Positions 12,281-23,374 of a stretch of DNA of 47,598 bases are shown here, piece by piece. The DNA comes from Octopus bimaculoides (taxonomy: Eukaryota), in assembly GCF_001194135.2 (NCBI RefSeq), contig NC_068981.1, forward strand, positions 9,382,516 to 9,430,113, read 5' to 3'. A program made the translations under genes and the position numbers. Position 1 is the stretch's first letter; the number at the start of each line of letters is the position of its first letter. Under the pieces are notes generated by a model. That model did no database searches. It had not been told where the DNA came from and saw nothing but the letters and a program-made list of their open reading frames with translations.

Positions 12281-12639
12281 TATATATACTCACAATTTAT
12301 CAAATTTCTTTATTAGCCTGTATTATCACAACTCTCTGATGAATGGTTGTCTGAAACTTAAGTAACAGTTTGTGAAGTTTCTTTTGGCTTTAATAAAATA
12401 GTATTTTATTCTAGCTTTGGTATTTGAGCACTACTTTTCCCACCTTATATTGCACCTCTGTGCTAACTTGTGTTTACACACACACACACACAGCATTGTA
12501 GGCTTCCCATCTGTGTGATGTTTGTAGTGTGAAATTGTATGAAAAGCTGCTGAACCACGACACTTTTGTCAGTTGTCATTTTCCTACAAAAAAACTAAAT
12601 AGTGGTGATGCTGTGCTCTCAAAAATTTCATCCACATTC

Positions 12640-13060
12640 TCATGATTTAATGCCTGGGTTCCATGGGTTGGACGGTTTGACAGGAACTGATGTGTCCAAG
12701 GATTGCAGCAATGCTCCAATGTCTATTTTGGTACGATTTCTATGATTGGATGCCTTCCTAACACCAACCACTGTACACCATGGACTGGGTGCCTTTTTTC
12801 TTTTCGCACCACCTGCATTACTGAGACTACAGAACTACAGAAAGGGAAGGGGGGGGGGGTAATCTCATGCCAGGGGTCGAGAGGACTGAACTATGAGGTG
12901 GGGTGAGAGGGGACAGTGCAGGTACTTGTGCATGGCTACTCACATCCAGTATGAGAATTGGAGAGAAAGAGAAAAACCAGCAGGAACTTTAAGAGACAGA
13001 TAATGGCAATAAGATGCCTAGATGGCTCCACAAGGCACAAGGTGAGTTGAAGAATCGGTT
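12640..13060 (-). mobile_element. SINE copy with purine-rich companion segment
   Basis: catgggttggacggtttgacagg...ggatgccttcctaacaccaaccac. Confidence 0.75.
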
Positions 13061-14355
13061 TGCAAGATTGTGGAATGAAAACTCTTATGTGTAGGAGAGA
13101 AAAATGGCAGTAAAAATGAATTCAATAGACAGAGAGTACACACACACACACACACTGTTGATGTTGACATTCTTCACTGATATCATGACCTGTAACTCTG
13201 CACTATGGTATAAAAAAAAAATCTCTTGGAAAACACACAGTGGCAGGAAGGGTTTCCAGTCATAAAATCCTGTCTCAAACAAATCCCCTTCACACTCATG
13301 CTTGGAAAAGCAAATAGCCAAATAATGATATGAAGGTGTCTACAAATTTGCATCTAATTTGTTAAATATTGTTTATAGTTGGTTTTTCTTCTTATTTTTT
13401 TTTTTCTGTCCACAAAACTATTTTGTACGCAAAGTGTTTACATCTAAGATACAGCAACTCTATCGGTATATTCTGTATTATAATATTAGCTTGGAGCAAA
13501 ACTCTGTTAATGCACCAGTCACAAAATCAGTGGATAGGCAAAAGGTTAATCAGTTTGTCTTGGGAACAGTTCAGAGGTTATTATAGAATCTGAGACCTTC
13601 ATATTTTGATTGGATACCAAACACTATGTCTCGTAATGAAGAGACAATGTACTGCTAAAACAAAATTTTATAGCTTAATAATTTAAAAAAAATTGATAAA
13701 ACAAATATAAAAAATGCTTAATCCATTTGATAAAATGGATTTAATTTGAGCAAAGAAATATTCTATACAAACAAAACTTGAATGGCAGACTTCAGAACTA
13801 GAATAATCAAGGATGTTTTGAAGGGTCACCTAAATGAATTTATAACGTTTAAAAACTCATGTAAGACATTCAAAAATGTATCAGTGCTATTGCTTTCACT
13901 TATTCAAATGTATCAAGTTATACACAAGTCCATAATTCTTATTTAGTATTTGAATGAGTAGCCTGGAGGATTGCTTAAACTGAAGTTTCATAAGTTCAAA
14001 TAACAGCTCAATTACATCATTAGAGTCAATCAACGAGTATGTCACATGATGAACACAGTAGAGAAATAAAGAAGCAGTTTGAGAGAGCTACTCTTGTTAT
14101 GAAGACTAAATATTTTTAACCATCAGAGTTATTTTAAGAAGATATTATCATGATATAAACTGGATCCATGTTTCACAAGAAATATTAGTAAAACACCTTT
14201 GGCTCTATTGTTTACTGAAATGTGATAATAAAGTGATTAGTTTGCTTCAACTTGATTCTAAAGTCACAGTAAAAGGTTAGATGAAATGAAAACGTTATCT
14301 GAAGGAAGGGCAAACCAAATCTTCACACCACTCTGAAGCATGCAGTAGTGTATAC

Positions 14356-14502
14356 CTCTGGACATAAAGGAAGAGAAAAATGGAGAAATTTTACAAATAG
14401 CTGTAATACTGTCGCTAGCATGACGTTTATCTTTATACTGAAGAGCTTGTCTGTGGCTCATGTTACTTCTGTTGCTGTGGTTTGTACCTGGTGCAGCAAC
14501 AT
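14356..14502 (-). CDS. Raf: Raf symmetric hinge exon: VAAPGTNHSNRSNMSHRQALQYKDKRHASDSITAI(CKISPFFSSFMSR)
   Basis: tatttcag acceptor; two in-frame donors (AGAG|gtatac at 14355, ATTT|gtaaaa at 14394); 147 or 108 bp, phase 1 to 1, open in the Raf frame. Confidence 0.65.
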
Positions 14503-15966
14503 CTGAAATACATAGAAACAATGCCAACAGCAAAAGAAAGGTGATGCTTCAAATACCTTTTGGGCAAACCATTCAGAAAAACCTTTCAAGTTTGAAGTTA
14601 AGTTTCAGCAAAAGGAAATAGAATTCATAAACTTGTAATTCTTCAACACGATTGTGGCCTTTCCACCTCAAAGCCAGCTTGTCTCATACCCATTATCCAA
14701 CTTATTCATCTGCTAAGTCCCACTAACAACTATACACAATCTTTCCATGCCTGAATGTCACCTCTCTGAAATTCCCACATTGCCCCAGGTTTTCCTGTAG
14801 TTCATCAAGAAAAACATCAACCTCACTGGTCTAAAAAGTCCTGTGCATGCTGTGGACAGAGCTCCTTCTTGCGGTCAAACATTGATCTCACTGGTCTGAG
14901 AGCATTTTTGGAGGTTATGGGGCAGTCCTTTTCATAAATTTAAACAATTTTGAAAAATACCCACAAAACTCCATAATTAAGAGAGATATAAAGTAAGTGT
15001 AAAATCTTCTTCTAAGAATAAAGTTTTAATTTTGTGTTTCATAAAACACAACAGTCCAAGATTTGAATTCACAGACACCATACATATTACCAGATAAAAT
15101 ATTTCAGGTAAACACTATGCAAATTGGCAACATGTTTCACTATTTCAAATTGCCATGGTAATAATACAGGTCATTAGATACTTTCTTCAACCTTTACATT
15201 ACTTTATACACTTATCTCATATACTTTTAAAATATACAACACCTAAGAATTAAAGTTGTTAATGATTCACAAATCAGCCCAAATGAAAGTCATTCTCGTT
15301 ATCATTATTACTTCTTTTTTGCAGGCATAGTTTATCTAGGATTACATTATGCAATATATCCTTCTGTTTTTCTTTTAAAGTGTTGAGAGACACTTGGCTG
15401 CTATTTCTAGTAGGTCAAGCAGCGGCAAAGTTGCTCTCAGTATGTAATATGAATGATTGCAGAATAATTTTTATATTATTTACAAGGTGGAACCATAAAA
15501 ACATGTCAAAAACAATAGAAATGATTAAAATGTGAAGAACTGACATAAAAAATAATTTCAAGAGAATTCTTGAATCAAATTAGTGTACATTTGCAGTGAA
15601 TATAAGGGAATGGGAAAGACAATGGAATAAGTTCCAGATGTTTTATGAATATGAGATTTCGCATGAAAAAGTGTTGTGAATTTATTACAACATTCTTAAA
15701 TACAACTATTTGTGTGTGTTTTTTAAATGAAAATGTTACAATGGCAGTAAAAAGTCAGAACAGTGACTGTCTGTATTTTTCACATTTGCAGATTTATAAA
15801 TATTGCTCTTGAAAATACAAATAAATTAAAATTAAGAATATTTCTTGGAAGAGATTTCCTTAAATCAATCTACAATTTTACTTTCAAACATAATGCATTA
15901 TACAACTTTAGAAAATACTAGCACAGAAGTAAATATGTTCAAGAAATGGTCTAGAGGTATACATAC

Positions 15967-16033
15967 TTGAATGATCTCCAGGATAGTCCATATTCTTTCT
16001 ACTCGATTCTTGTTCAGATGTCAAAAAGGAGCT
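15967..16033 (-). CDS. Raf: Raf hinge exon (equivalent to BRAF exon 9): SSFLTSEQESSRKNMDYPGDHS
   Basis: tatgtag acceptor and CAA|gtatgt donor; 67 bp, phase 0 to 1, bridging the phases of the flanking exons. Confidence 0.8.
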
Positions 16034-16424
16034 CTACATAGGATTGAAACAAAAGAATACAAGATATATTGCCTAATATCTTAGAGAAATAACGCTATCT
16101 CTCAACAACAGCTGCTAAGTAGCATCCAATCATTAATAATAGTTAAATAGTAGCTATGCTTTTTCTCCTAACTCTACATTTTATCCAGGAACCATCACCA
16201 AAAAGGTGAATCTCTCTCTCTCAGTTAACTACGCACCTGTTCAACAACTTATTTTGCTTCACAGTAATTTAAACTAGAAGCTGGATTTCTTATTTTGTTT
16301 TGTCTGACAAGTTAATTCAATAAAGCTAACTTGATTTTGTCTATTTGGTTTGGGATGTGGCTCAAAAGATATACCAACTCAGTTCTTCAAACTAATAACC
16401 TATTCCAATATTATCTTCTATCTA

Positions 16425-17734
16425 TCTATATAAATAAAAGAGAGATTCTGTCTGTTTGTTTGTTCATTCGTTTGTCCACCAAAATGAAACTAAATGGTTC
16501 AGGGGAAACTATTATGCTTTTTTCTATATATATAAAATTGAAATTCTGTCTCTTTCTTCGGCAAAATGAAGGCACCTGGTTCAAGAGGAGCTATTATGCC
16601 ATTGCCTAATTTCTTACATTCAATCCAATATATAATTCAACTGATTCCGTCGATGATTTGGTGGATGAAGTCTTTCCTAATCTTCTTCATAATTACAGCA
16701 ATACAGATTGGATTTGTGAGCGAGCTACACTGGCTCCAAAAAAAAAAATGTTGCCGTAAATAGCATTAATAATATGCTATTGAATAAACTTCCAGGAGAA
16801 ATATTCACTTATAACTCAATTGAAAGTGTTGTTGATGATCAGGATATTGTTAATTACCCCATTGAATTTTTGAACTCCCCAGAACCACCAGGTACAGCTC
16901 CTCATTGTCTTCACCTGACAAAAAAGGACTCCTAATATGCTATTGCACATAATTTGTCTCATCCAAAATTATGCAATGGTACAAAGATTGTGCACAAACT
17001 TATGACGAAGTACATTGAGGCAAATATTCTCACTGGTTGTGGTAAAGGTAAGACCCTTTTCATTCCTCACATACCAGTTATATACCATCTAATGTCCCAT
17101 TCCAATTCAAGTTTCTTATCCCACTTTCTTTTGCCATCAGCATTAATAAAAGTCAGGGCCAAACACTAAAAGTTGATGGATTGCTACTTGAAGAACCATG
17201 CTTTTTACATGGTCAACTTTATGGACGAGCATCATGTGTGGGTGTAAAATCTTTTTGCTTATGCACCCCGAAATAAAACAAAAAACATTGTTTATAAAGA
17301 AATATTCACTCTTAATGCAACATGAATACTTTAATAATTTAATTTACCATTACTATTATAACATTCAAGATTGAGTAAATTACCTATTTCAATGAACTGT
17401 ATTGTATAATTGTCATTACTGTATTGATAAATAAAATAACACATAACTCACTTATTATTATCATTTAATAAACAAACAGAAATTCATGCATGAAATTGAT
17501 CTTTTTCTACTTTAAATTATTACATGTTTTTTCTCTTATAACAATATTCTATAATTGCCATTACTGTATTAATGAATTAAATAACACATACAACTCATTA
17601 TTGTCATATAATAAACAAACACAAGTTCATGTATGAAATTGATCTTTTTTTCTATTTCAATTATTACATATTAATCTTGGCTCCCGAGAAACAGTAAAAG
17701 TAATTACTTGATCAACGACAGGTAATACTGCTAG
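16425..17734 (+). mobile_element. Non-autonomous Helitron with Pif1-helicase C-terminal remnant
   Basis: 5' a|TCTATATAAATAAAAG; frameshifted WICERATLAP, YPIEFLNS, PKLCNGT, FAISINKSQGQTL, HGQLY, TKNIVYKE; 3' caacgacaggtaatactgCTAG|t, consistent with insertion at an AT site. Confidence 0.9.
17405..17670 (+). repeat. ~145-bp diverged tandem duplication inside the Helitron 3' region
   Basis: tataattgtcattactgtatt...catgaaattgatcttttt at 17405 and tataattgccattactgtatt...tatgaaattgatcttttt at 17550. Confidence 0.85.
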
Positions 17735-18326
17735 TATATTATAATTTATGTAAAGCTATCCAACACGTAGAAGTAAGAAAAAAAAACTAGTTGTAACAAT
17801 ATTAAAATTTGTAAATAATCTAACAACCCAGTTTACAGAAAAGTCAAGTGACGAAGATGTTAAGAATGATTAAGAAATTTACTAGTAGTAATAATTAAAA
17901 TCTATTATCAAATTTATAGTAAAAGAGGTTTCAAGTAAAATTTACAGAAAAAAAAAAAGCATAGTTGGCAACATGATTTGTACAATGGCAAAAGAGTAAT
18001 TGAAATTTCACAACAGCAAATTTCAATCATTCCTCTCCATGTTAGTTGTTTGTAAAATTGAAATTTTTTAAAAGTGTACATTAGTAAATGGACTAATTAA
18101 CACCCACATGTGGACACCAGTTTCTCCAGTTATGACTAAGATGTCCCAAAATGTTAAATCTTTTCTACTCAGGCTAGCATGGGAAAATAGATACAAAACT
18201 CACATACAAATATGTACAAAGTGACACGTGCACACACAATTTCCTTTAAACAAACAGTAAATATTCATACAGATGTTTATACATATAACTTTGATATACA
18301 GATTTTTACCCCACTCCCCCTCTCTC

Positions 18327-18359
<33 letters not shown>

Positions 18360-18463
18360 NNNNNNNNNNNNNNNNNNNNNNNNNNNNNNNNNNNNNNNNN
18401 NNNNNNNNNNNNNNNNNNNNNNNNNNNNNNNNNNNNNNNNNNNNNNNNNNNNNNNNNNNNNNN
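18360..18463. other. Assembly gap
   Basis: Run of N. Confidence 1.
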
Positions 18464-18465
18464 GA

Positions 18466-19704
18466 TCTGGGTTATCCCATAAATAATACGGGTTTTTCAA
18501 TTACATGAACTAAAAGTTGGAAGAGGACAAGATATCAACCTGTTTCAACTTGCTATAAAAGCAGGTAATAATTTTACCTTGTTCTTATCCTTAGTGCAAG
18601 TTCTGAATAGTGCAGATTGATTTTAACTATTTTCCCAAAGCTAATAATGGAAGTGACAAAGGAGCATATTCAGCATATTTTGCTTGATGAGTTCAATAAA
18701 GGCAACAGCAGAAAGGGTGAGGAATACTAATGCAGTATATGGAGATCAGACAATAAGCATAAGCCAGTGTCAACAGTGGTTCTAGCAATTCCAAGCTGAA
18801 AACTACAGCCTAGAAGATGAGCCTCGTCCTGGAAGATGTGTAGAGCACAAACCCTGGTGGAACAAAACCCCATTGTAACGGTTGAGAAACCAGCAGAGAA
18901 GCTTGGATTTGGTCATTTGACCATTCATCAACAACTGTGTGCCATCGGAAAAATCAGCGAACTGGGTCAATGGGTTCCACACAAACTATCTGAGTCTAAT
19001 CACAGAGAGTGAATGTGTGCTCTTCTTTGCTGTCACATGTCACAACTGAACCTTTTTTGGACCAAATAGTGACTGGTGACGAGAAATGGGTTCCCTATAA
19101 AAATTTCAAGTGCTCAAGACAGTGGTTAGGGAAAGAAGAAACAGCAGCACTCCAGGCTAAAGAAGGTCTTCATCCACGTAAGGTGTTCTTATCTGTTTGG
19201 TGGGATATGAAAGGTTTAGTCCACTTTGAACTTTTAAACCCAAACCAAATGATATCAAAGGAGATCTACTGTGAGCAGCTTGAGTGGCTTAAGTCAGTGC
19301 TAGAAGGAAAATGACCATCTTTGGTTTCAAGAAGAAAGGTGTTCTTCCATCAGGATAATGCTCAGCCACATACAGCGAGAATGACATTCCAAAGGCTGGA
19401 GCAGTTTGAATGGGAAGCGATGCCCCACCTACAATAGTCACCAGACATTGCCCCACCTGATTATCATTTATTCTGTAGTCTTCAAAATCATTTGGACGGA
19501 AAAAATATGAATTCTGTAGATGAGATCAGAACAGTACTGGAGGAGTATTTTTCGTCATGGACAAGTGAATTTTGGAAGAGGAGGCTTGCAAGTCTACCAC
19601 ACAAATGAAGGAGAGTATATTTTAGACTAAAAAGAACTTTGTTTACCTTAATTTTGGAAAATAAAAGTATAAGAAAACTGCATTATGTATGGGATGAACC
19701 AATA
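18466..19704 (+). mobile_element. Near-full-length decayed mariner (DD34D), about 1.24 kb
   Basis: TIRs tctgggttatcccataaataatacggg and aaaactgcattatgtatgggatgaaccaaTA; ORF from ATG 18647 (MEVTKEHI), WVPHKL, GDEKW, HQDNAQPH, PDIAPPDYHLF; several stops and frameshifts. Confidence 0.93.
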
Positions 19705-19799
19705 TGTGAGTGTGTGTGTGTATATATATCATAATGGTGATATATAATTTTTTTCTCAAAGTCAACATTGAGCAATGAAAGGTTGAAGCTATTACTTAC

Positions 19800-19962
19800 A
19801 TTGACTAGATTACAGCAGACATTTGGAGCTGATGTTGAACGCTCTCTCTGGCATATTGGAGGAGGACGCTTACGAGTGTTACGTTGATTTGGCAATGTCT
19901 GGAACTGATTGAACGGACTGGAAACGTATGTAGGTAGTGTATGAGATACATCTGGAAATGGT
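19800..19962 (-). CDS. Raf: Raf CR2 exon (equivalent to BRAF exon 8): PFPDVSHTLPTYVSSPFNQFQTLPNQRNTRKRPPPICQRERSTSAPNVCCNLVN
   Basis: gtttctag acceptor and AAT|gtaagt donor; 163 bp, phase 2 to 0; inhibitory 14-3-3 motif RSTSAP (BRAF S365 equivalent). Confidence 0.93.
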
Positions 19963-20697
19963 CTAGAAACAATAAAATTATGTGGCTCACTAAAGGCCAA
20001 ATTTTTAACAAACAAAAAGATATTGCTCTGAAGGGTCTCTCCATCAGAGCAAAGTGGATGGTGCCTGTGGAAGAGGAAGAGCTAGAAAGACATGAGAGAA
20101 GAGGCAAAACCTGATCTGAAGATGGTAAATCTCACAAAAGAGATGACAAGTGACTGCAGCAACTGGGGATATGCTGTAATGGAGAAAACCTGCTCCCATA
20201 GGCAAAGGCAGCAGAAAGAAAGCTAATGAGAAGAGTGTTGATGGCTAGGATGCCTCTCCTTCAATCTTCTCTCTTCTTGCCCACCTTCCCAGGACAATTT
20301 CATTGCTTTTATCTTCTGCTCCTTGCCTCTACACTATTCTCCTCCTCCCCCCCACCTCCAACTACTTACCTCACATTTCTTGTGGCTTTTGCCCTTTACT
20401 CTCTGGGCGATTTTACAATTAAATATCTTAACCACAGACAAAGAATCAAATGTCAACCTCTCAATTGTTTAGTTTCCTATCAACTAAAGGATTAAATTCT
20501 AATTATTTCTCTAGAATTAGAATTAAATTGGTCTTTAATTCTAAAAAAAATGTAAGTCAATATTAATAGTTATTTTTAAAATTTAGGTCATCAATGAATA
20601 TAAAAAACACTTATAAAATGTGATAATCCATAAAAAGCAATATACTCTCTCCCACAAGATACAAATTCCAATGGTAAATAAAATAGGATTCACTTAC

Positions 20698-20872
20698 TGA
20701 TTGTACATTGGTTCTGAAATTCTATTTGGACTACCATAATGTGAATGATAATCATCACCACCATCGCAGTAGCTGTAAGCCCGGTGTATACAACGTTGAT
20801 GCACGCGGAGGCCACAAGTTGCACAGCGATAACAACCATGGAACAACAACTTTCTGCACAGATCACAGAAAG
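20698..20872 (-). CDS. Raf: Raf C1 (cysteine-rich) exon: (A)[57 protein letters not shown](Q)
   Basis: ttactatag acceptor and CA|gtaagt donor; 175 bp, phase 1 to 2; Cx2C...Cx2Cx4Hx2Cx7C zinc ligands. Confidence 0.94.
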
Positions 20873-22950
20873 CTATAGTAAAAAATGTCTTCCTTACCTA
20901 CAAAAGTTAATTTATACTTTTAGATCTTTTTAGACTGCATATTAAGTAAGAAGGAAAACATAATAATGTCAGATGGTTAAATTTAGAAATGATGTCATGA
21001 ATGTAATTTACCATGGTAACGACAAAAATAAAAATATATAAACACATGAATTTCGAGGAAACTAGAGACAATATATGTGGCTGGCAAAATGACCTCAAAA
21101 GTTTTATGTTATTATAGGGGACACATTGATTAAAATATTAGATTTTTCAGTTTTGTGCTAAGCATACTTCAATTTATAGAATGTTTAAAATATTTACTTT
21201 AGATATTCATAATTTTGTTTTAAAGCATGCTATATATATATATATATATGGCTGTCCTTGGATTTTCTTACATTGGTATATTTTACAATGGAGTTTCCTT
21301 TAAATTTTGCATCATTAAATCATTTTGCATTTAAACTTAAACCATTCTACTATAAAGCTATTGAAATATTATATGAAGTCAGAAAGTTCTGGAAATAGTC
21401 ATTAACAGATTACAAATGCAAAAATGTTGTATAAATATGAAATGTTTTAAATCATTCATAAAATATTGCTAACAAAAGAAATTAGTATTATAATTGGAAT
21501 ATCTTTAAAGTTGCTTAAATTTATAGAAAGCTACTGACTCTTAAGATTTGTCAATAAAAAAAAGAAAAGCACAAATCAATGTTTGCTATAAAGAATTTAA
21601 TTTTTGTTTTAACAATGAAGTGGAATTCAACATTTCCTGGAGGAGAAAGTAGATTTGTTCAGTGCTACAGGAATGTTTTCCTGTAAGTTAGGATTGTATT
21701 TCTGCCCCATTAATAATGATACTGCTCTTTCTAATCTAAAACATCTTACTGTATCATTTGTTTGCAAATTATGATAGCTAAAACTAATGCATTCAAATAT
21801 GTACTAACAGGTTCCATAACAGAAAAAAGATTCTATTTTCTTCAGTTAACCTAATTAGGAATAATGTACTTCACTATATCAAATGAAGAGAAAATTCACT
21901 GGATTGGTTTTTCTTTACATTTTCTGGTAAGCTAACAAAAATATTTGATCAATTTTCCAATGCTCTTGTTGTGAAGGCAGTTGAAAATAGCTTTGCATTA
22001 TACTAGGTATCACTATAGAGCACCATATAATGGAGACAAGCACAGTTTGAACACACAAAAACACACTTTTTGCTTCATTTTCATGTGAAAATAAATATTT
22101 TCCTCAAAAAATTATATATCATTGGAAAGTTTTAGATGTGAACTTTGTTCTCATATAGTTTGAATTAAAGTCTGATTGTTACATATCATGTTAGGGTCCC
22201 TCAAACACACTGGTATTTTCTTGCATTTACAAAGTTTATCCCATTTTTTTTATTCTGCTGAACGGTAGCCCTTGTTCTGGTTCAATGTGCTGGAGCATTA
22301 TAACTCCAGTTGTGTTCAAAATCATAGTCATGAAGAGGAATGTTTTTGCTTTATTTCGATATAAAAATATATAGGGGTAGGTCATATAAGCATTACAAAA
22401 TAGAAACGTGAACATTTTATCTTTACTTTTCATTTAGAAAAGACCATATTTTTTTCAAAGTTTTTATATCATAAGAAAAAAAAATTCTTGCAAATTTTAT
22501 ATGGTCATTGCTAAACCTGGCCACGATATGATGAAAAGGCACAAAGTCAGTAAAGCGTATTTACGTGTAACAAAAGGTCAAACAGAACATGAGCCAGAAT
22601 TTCAAGAAATGGATGAAGTAATTATTAAGTAAACATATGCACTGAATCGAGACGAACCTTACAATAGATTCGTTGTGTTGAGAATGTTGTTTATTTCATC
22701 TCACTGTTTTAATGTGCAGAGAGCTGCTAGGCAAACCCAGCAGATATTCTTGTACAGGTAAACTTTGTTTTCCTTTGAGAAATATTGGTCAAATTTCACC
22801 AATAAAAATTATATTGTACAATGAATATAATTTTGTAGACTATTAAAATCAGATGAGATGTTTTTTTCTTTTTTTCTGATTTTGAATACAGACAGACAAT
22901 TAGTGTTATTGTCTACATACTTGTTTAGGGTTTCTCTCTCTCTCTGTTAC

Positions 22951-22982
22951 CAATGAGTTTGCTGTAAGTTACAAATGTTTTT
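22951..22982 (-). CDS. Raf: Candidate partial Raf C1-entry micro-exon (...KTFVTYSKLI+G), 5' end lost in the gap
   Basis: A phase 0 to 1 exon carrying the xRKTF motif is required between 24490 and 20872. KTF reads out of the gap edge and ends at a phase-1 donor G|gtaaca (22950). The acceptor is not visible. Confidence 0.45.
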
Positions 22983-23374
22983 NNNNNNNNNNNNNNNNNN
23001 NNNNNNNNNNNNNNNNNNNNNNNNNNNNNNNNNNNNNNNNNNNNNNNNNNNNNNNNNNNNNNNNNNNNNNNNNNNNNNNNNNNNNNNNNNNNNNNNNNNN
23101 NNNNNNNNNNNNNNNNNNNNNNNNNNNNNNNNNNNNNNNNNNNNNNNNNNNNNNNNNNNNNNNNNNNNNNNNNNNNNNNNNNNNNNNNNNNNNNNNNNNN
23201 NNNNNNNNNNNNNNNNNNNNNNNNNNNNNNNNNNNNNNNNNNNNNNNNNNNNNNNNNNNNNNNNNNNNNNNNNNNNNNNNNNNNNNNNNNNNNNNNNNNN
23301 NNNNNNNNNNNNNNNNNNNNNNNNNNNNNNNNNNNNNNNNNNNNNNNNNNNNNNNNNNNNNNNNNNNNNNNNNN
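22983..23374. other. Assembly gap (probably hides the 5' part of a Raf exon)
   Basis: Run of N. Confidence 1.

Noticed and set aside
19963-20107. ORF extension upstream of the CR2 exon (MPLLSCLSSS...)
   Set aside because: Different frame from RSTSAP and lies in the intron upstream of the phase-compatible acceptor at 19963.
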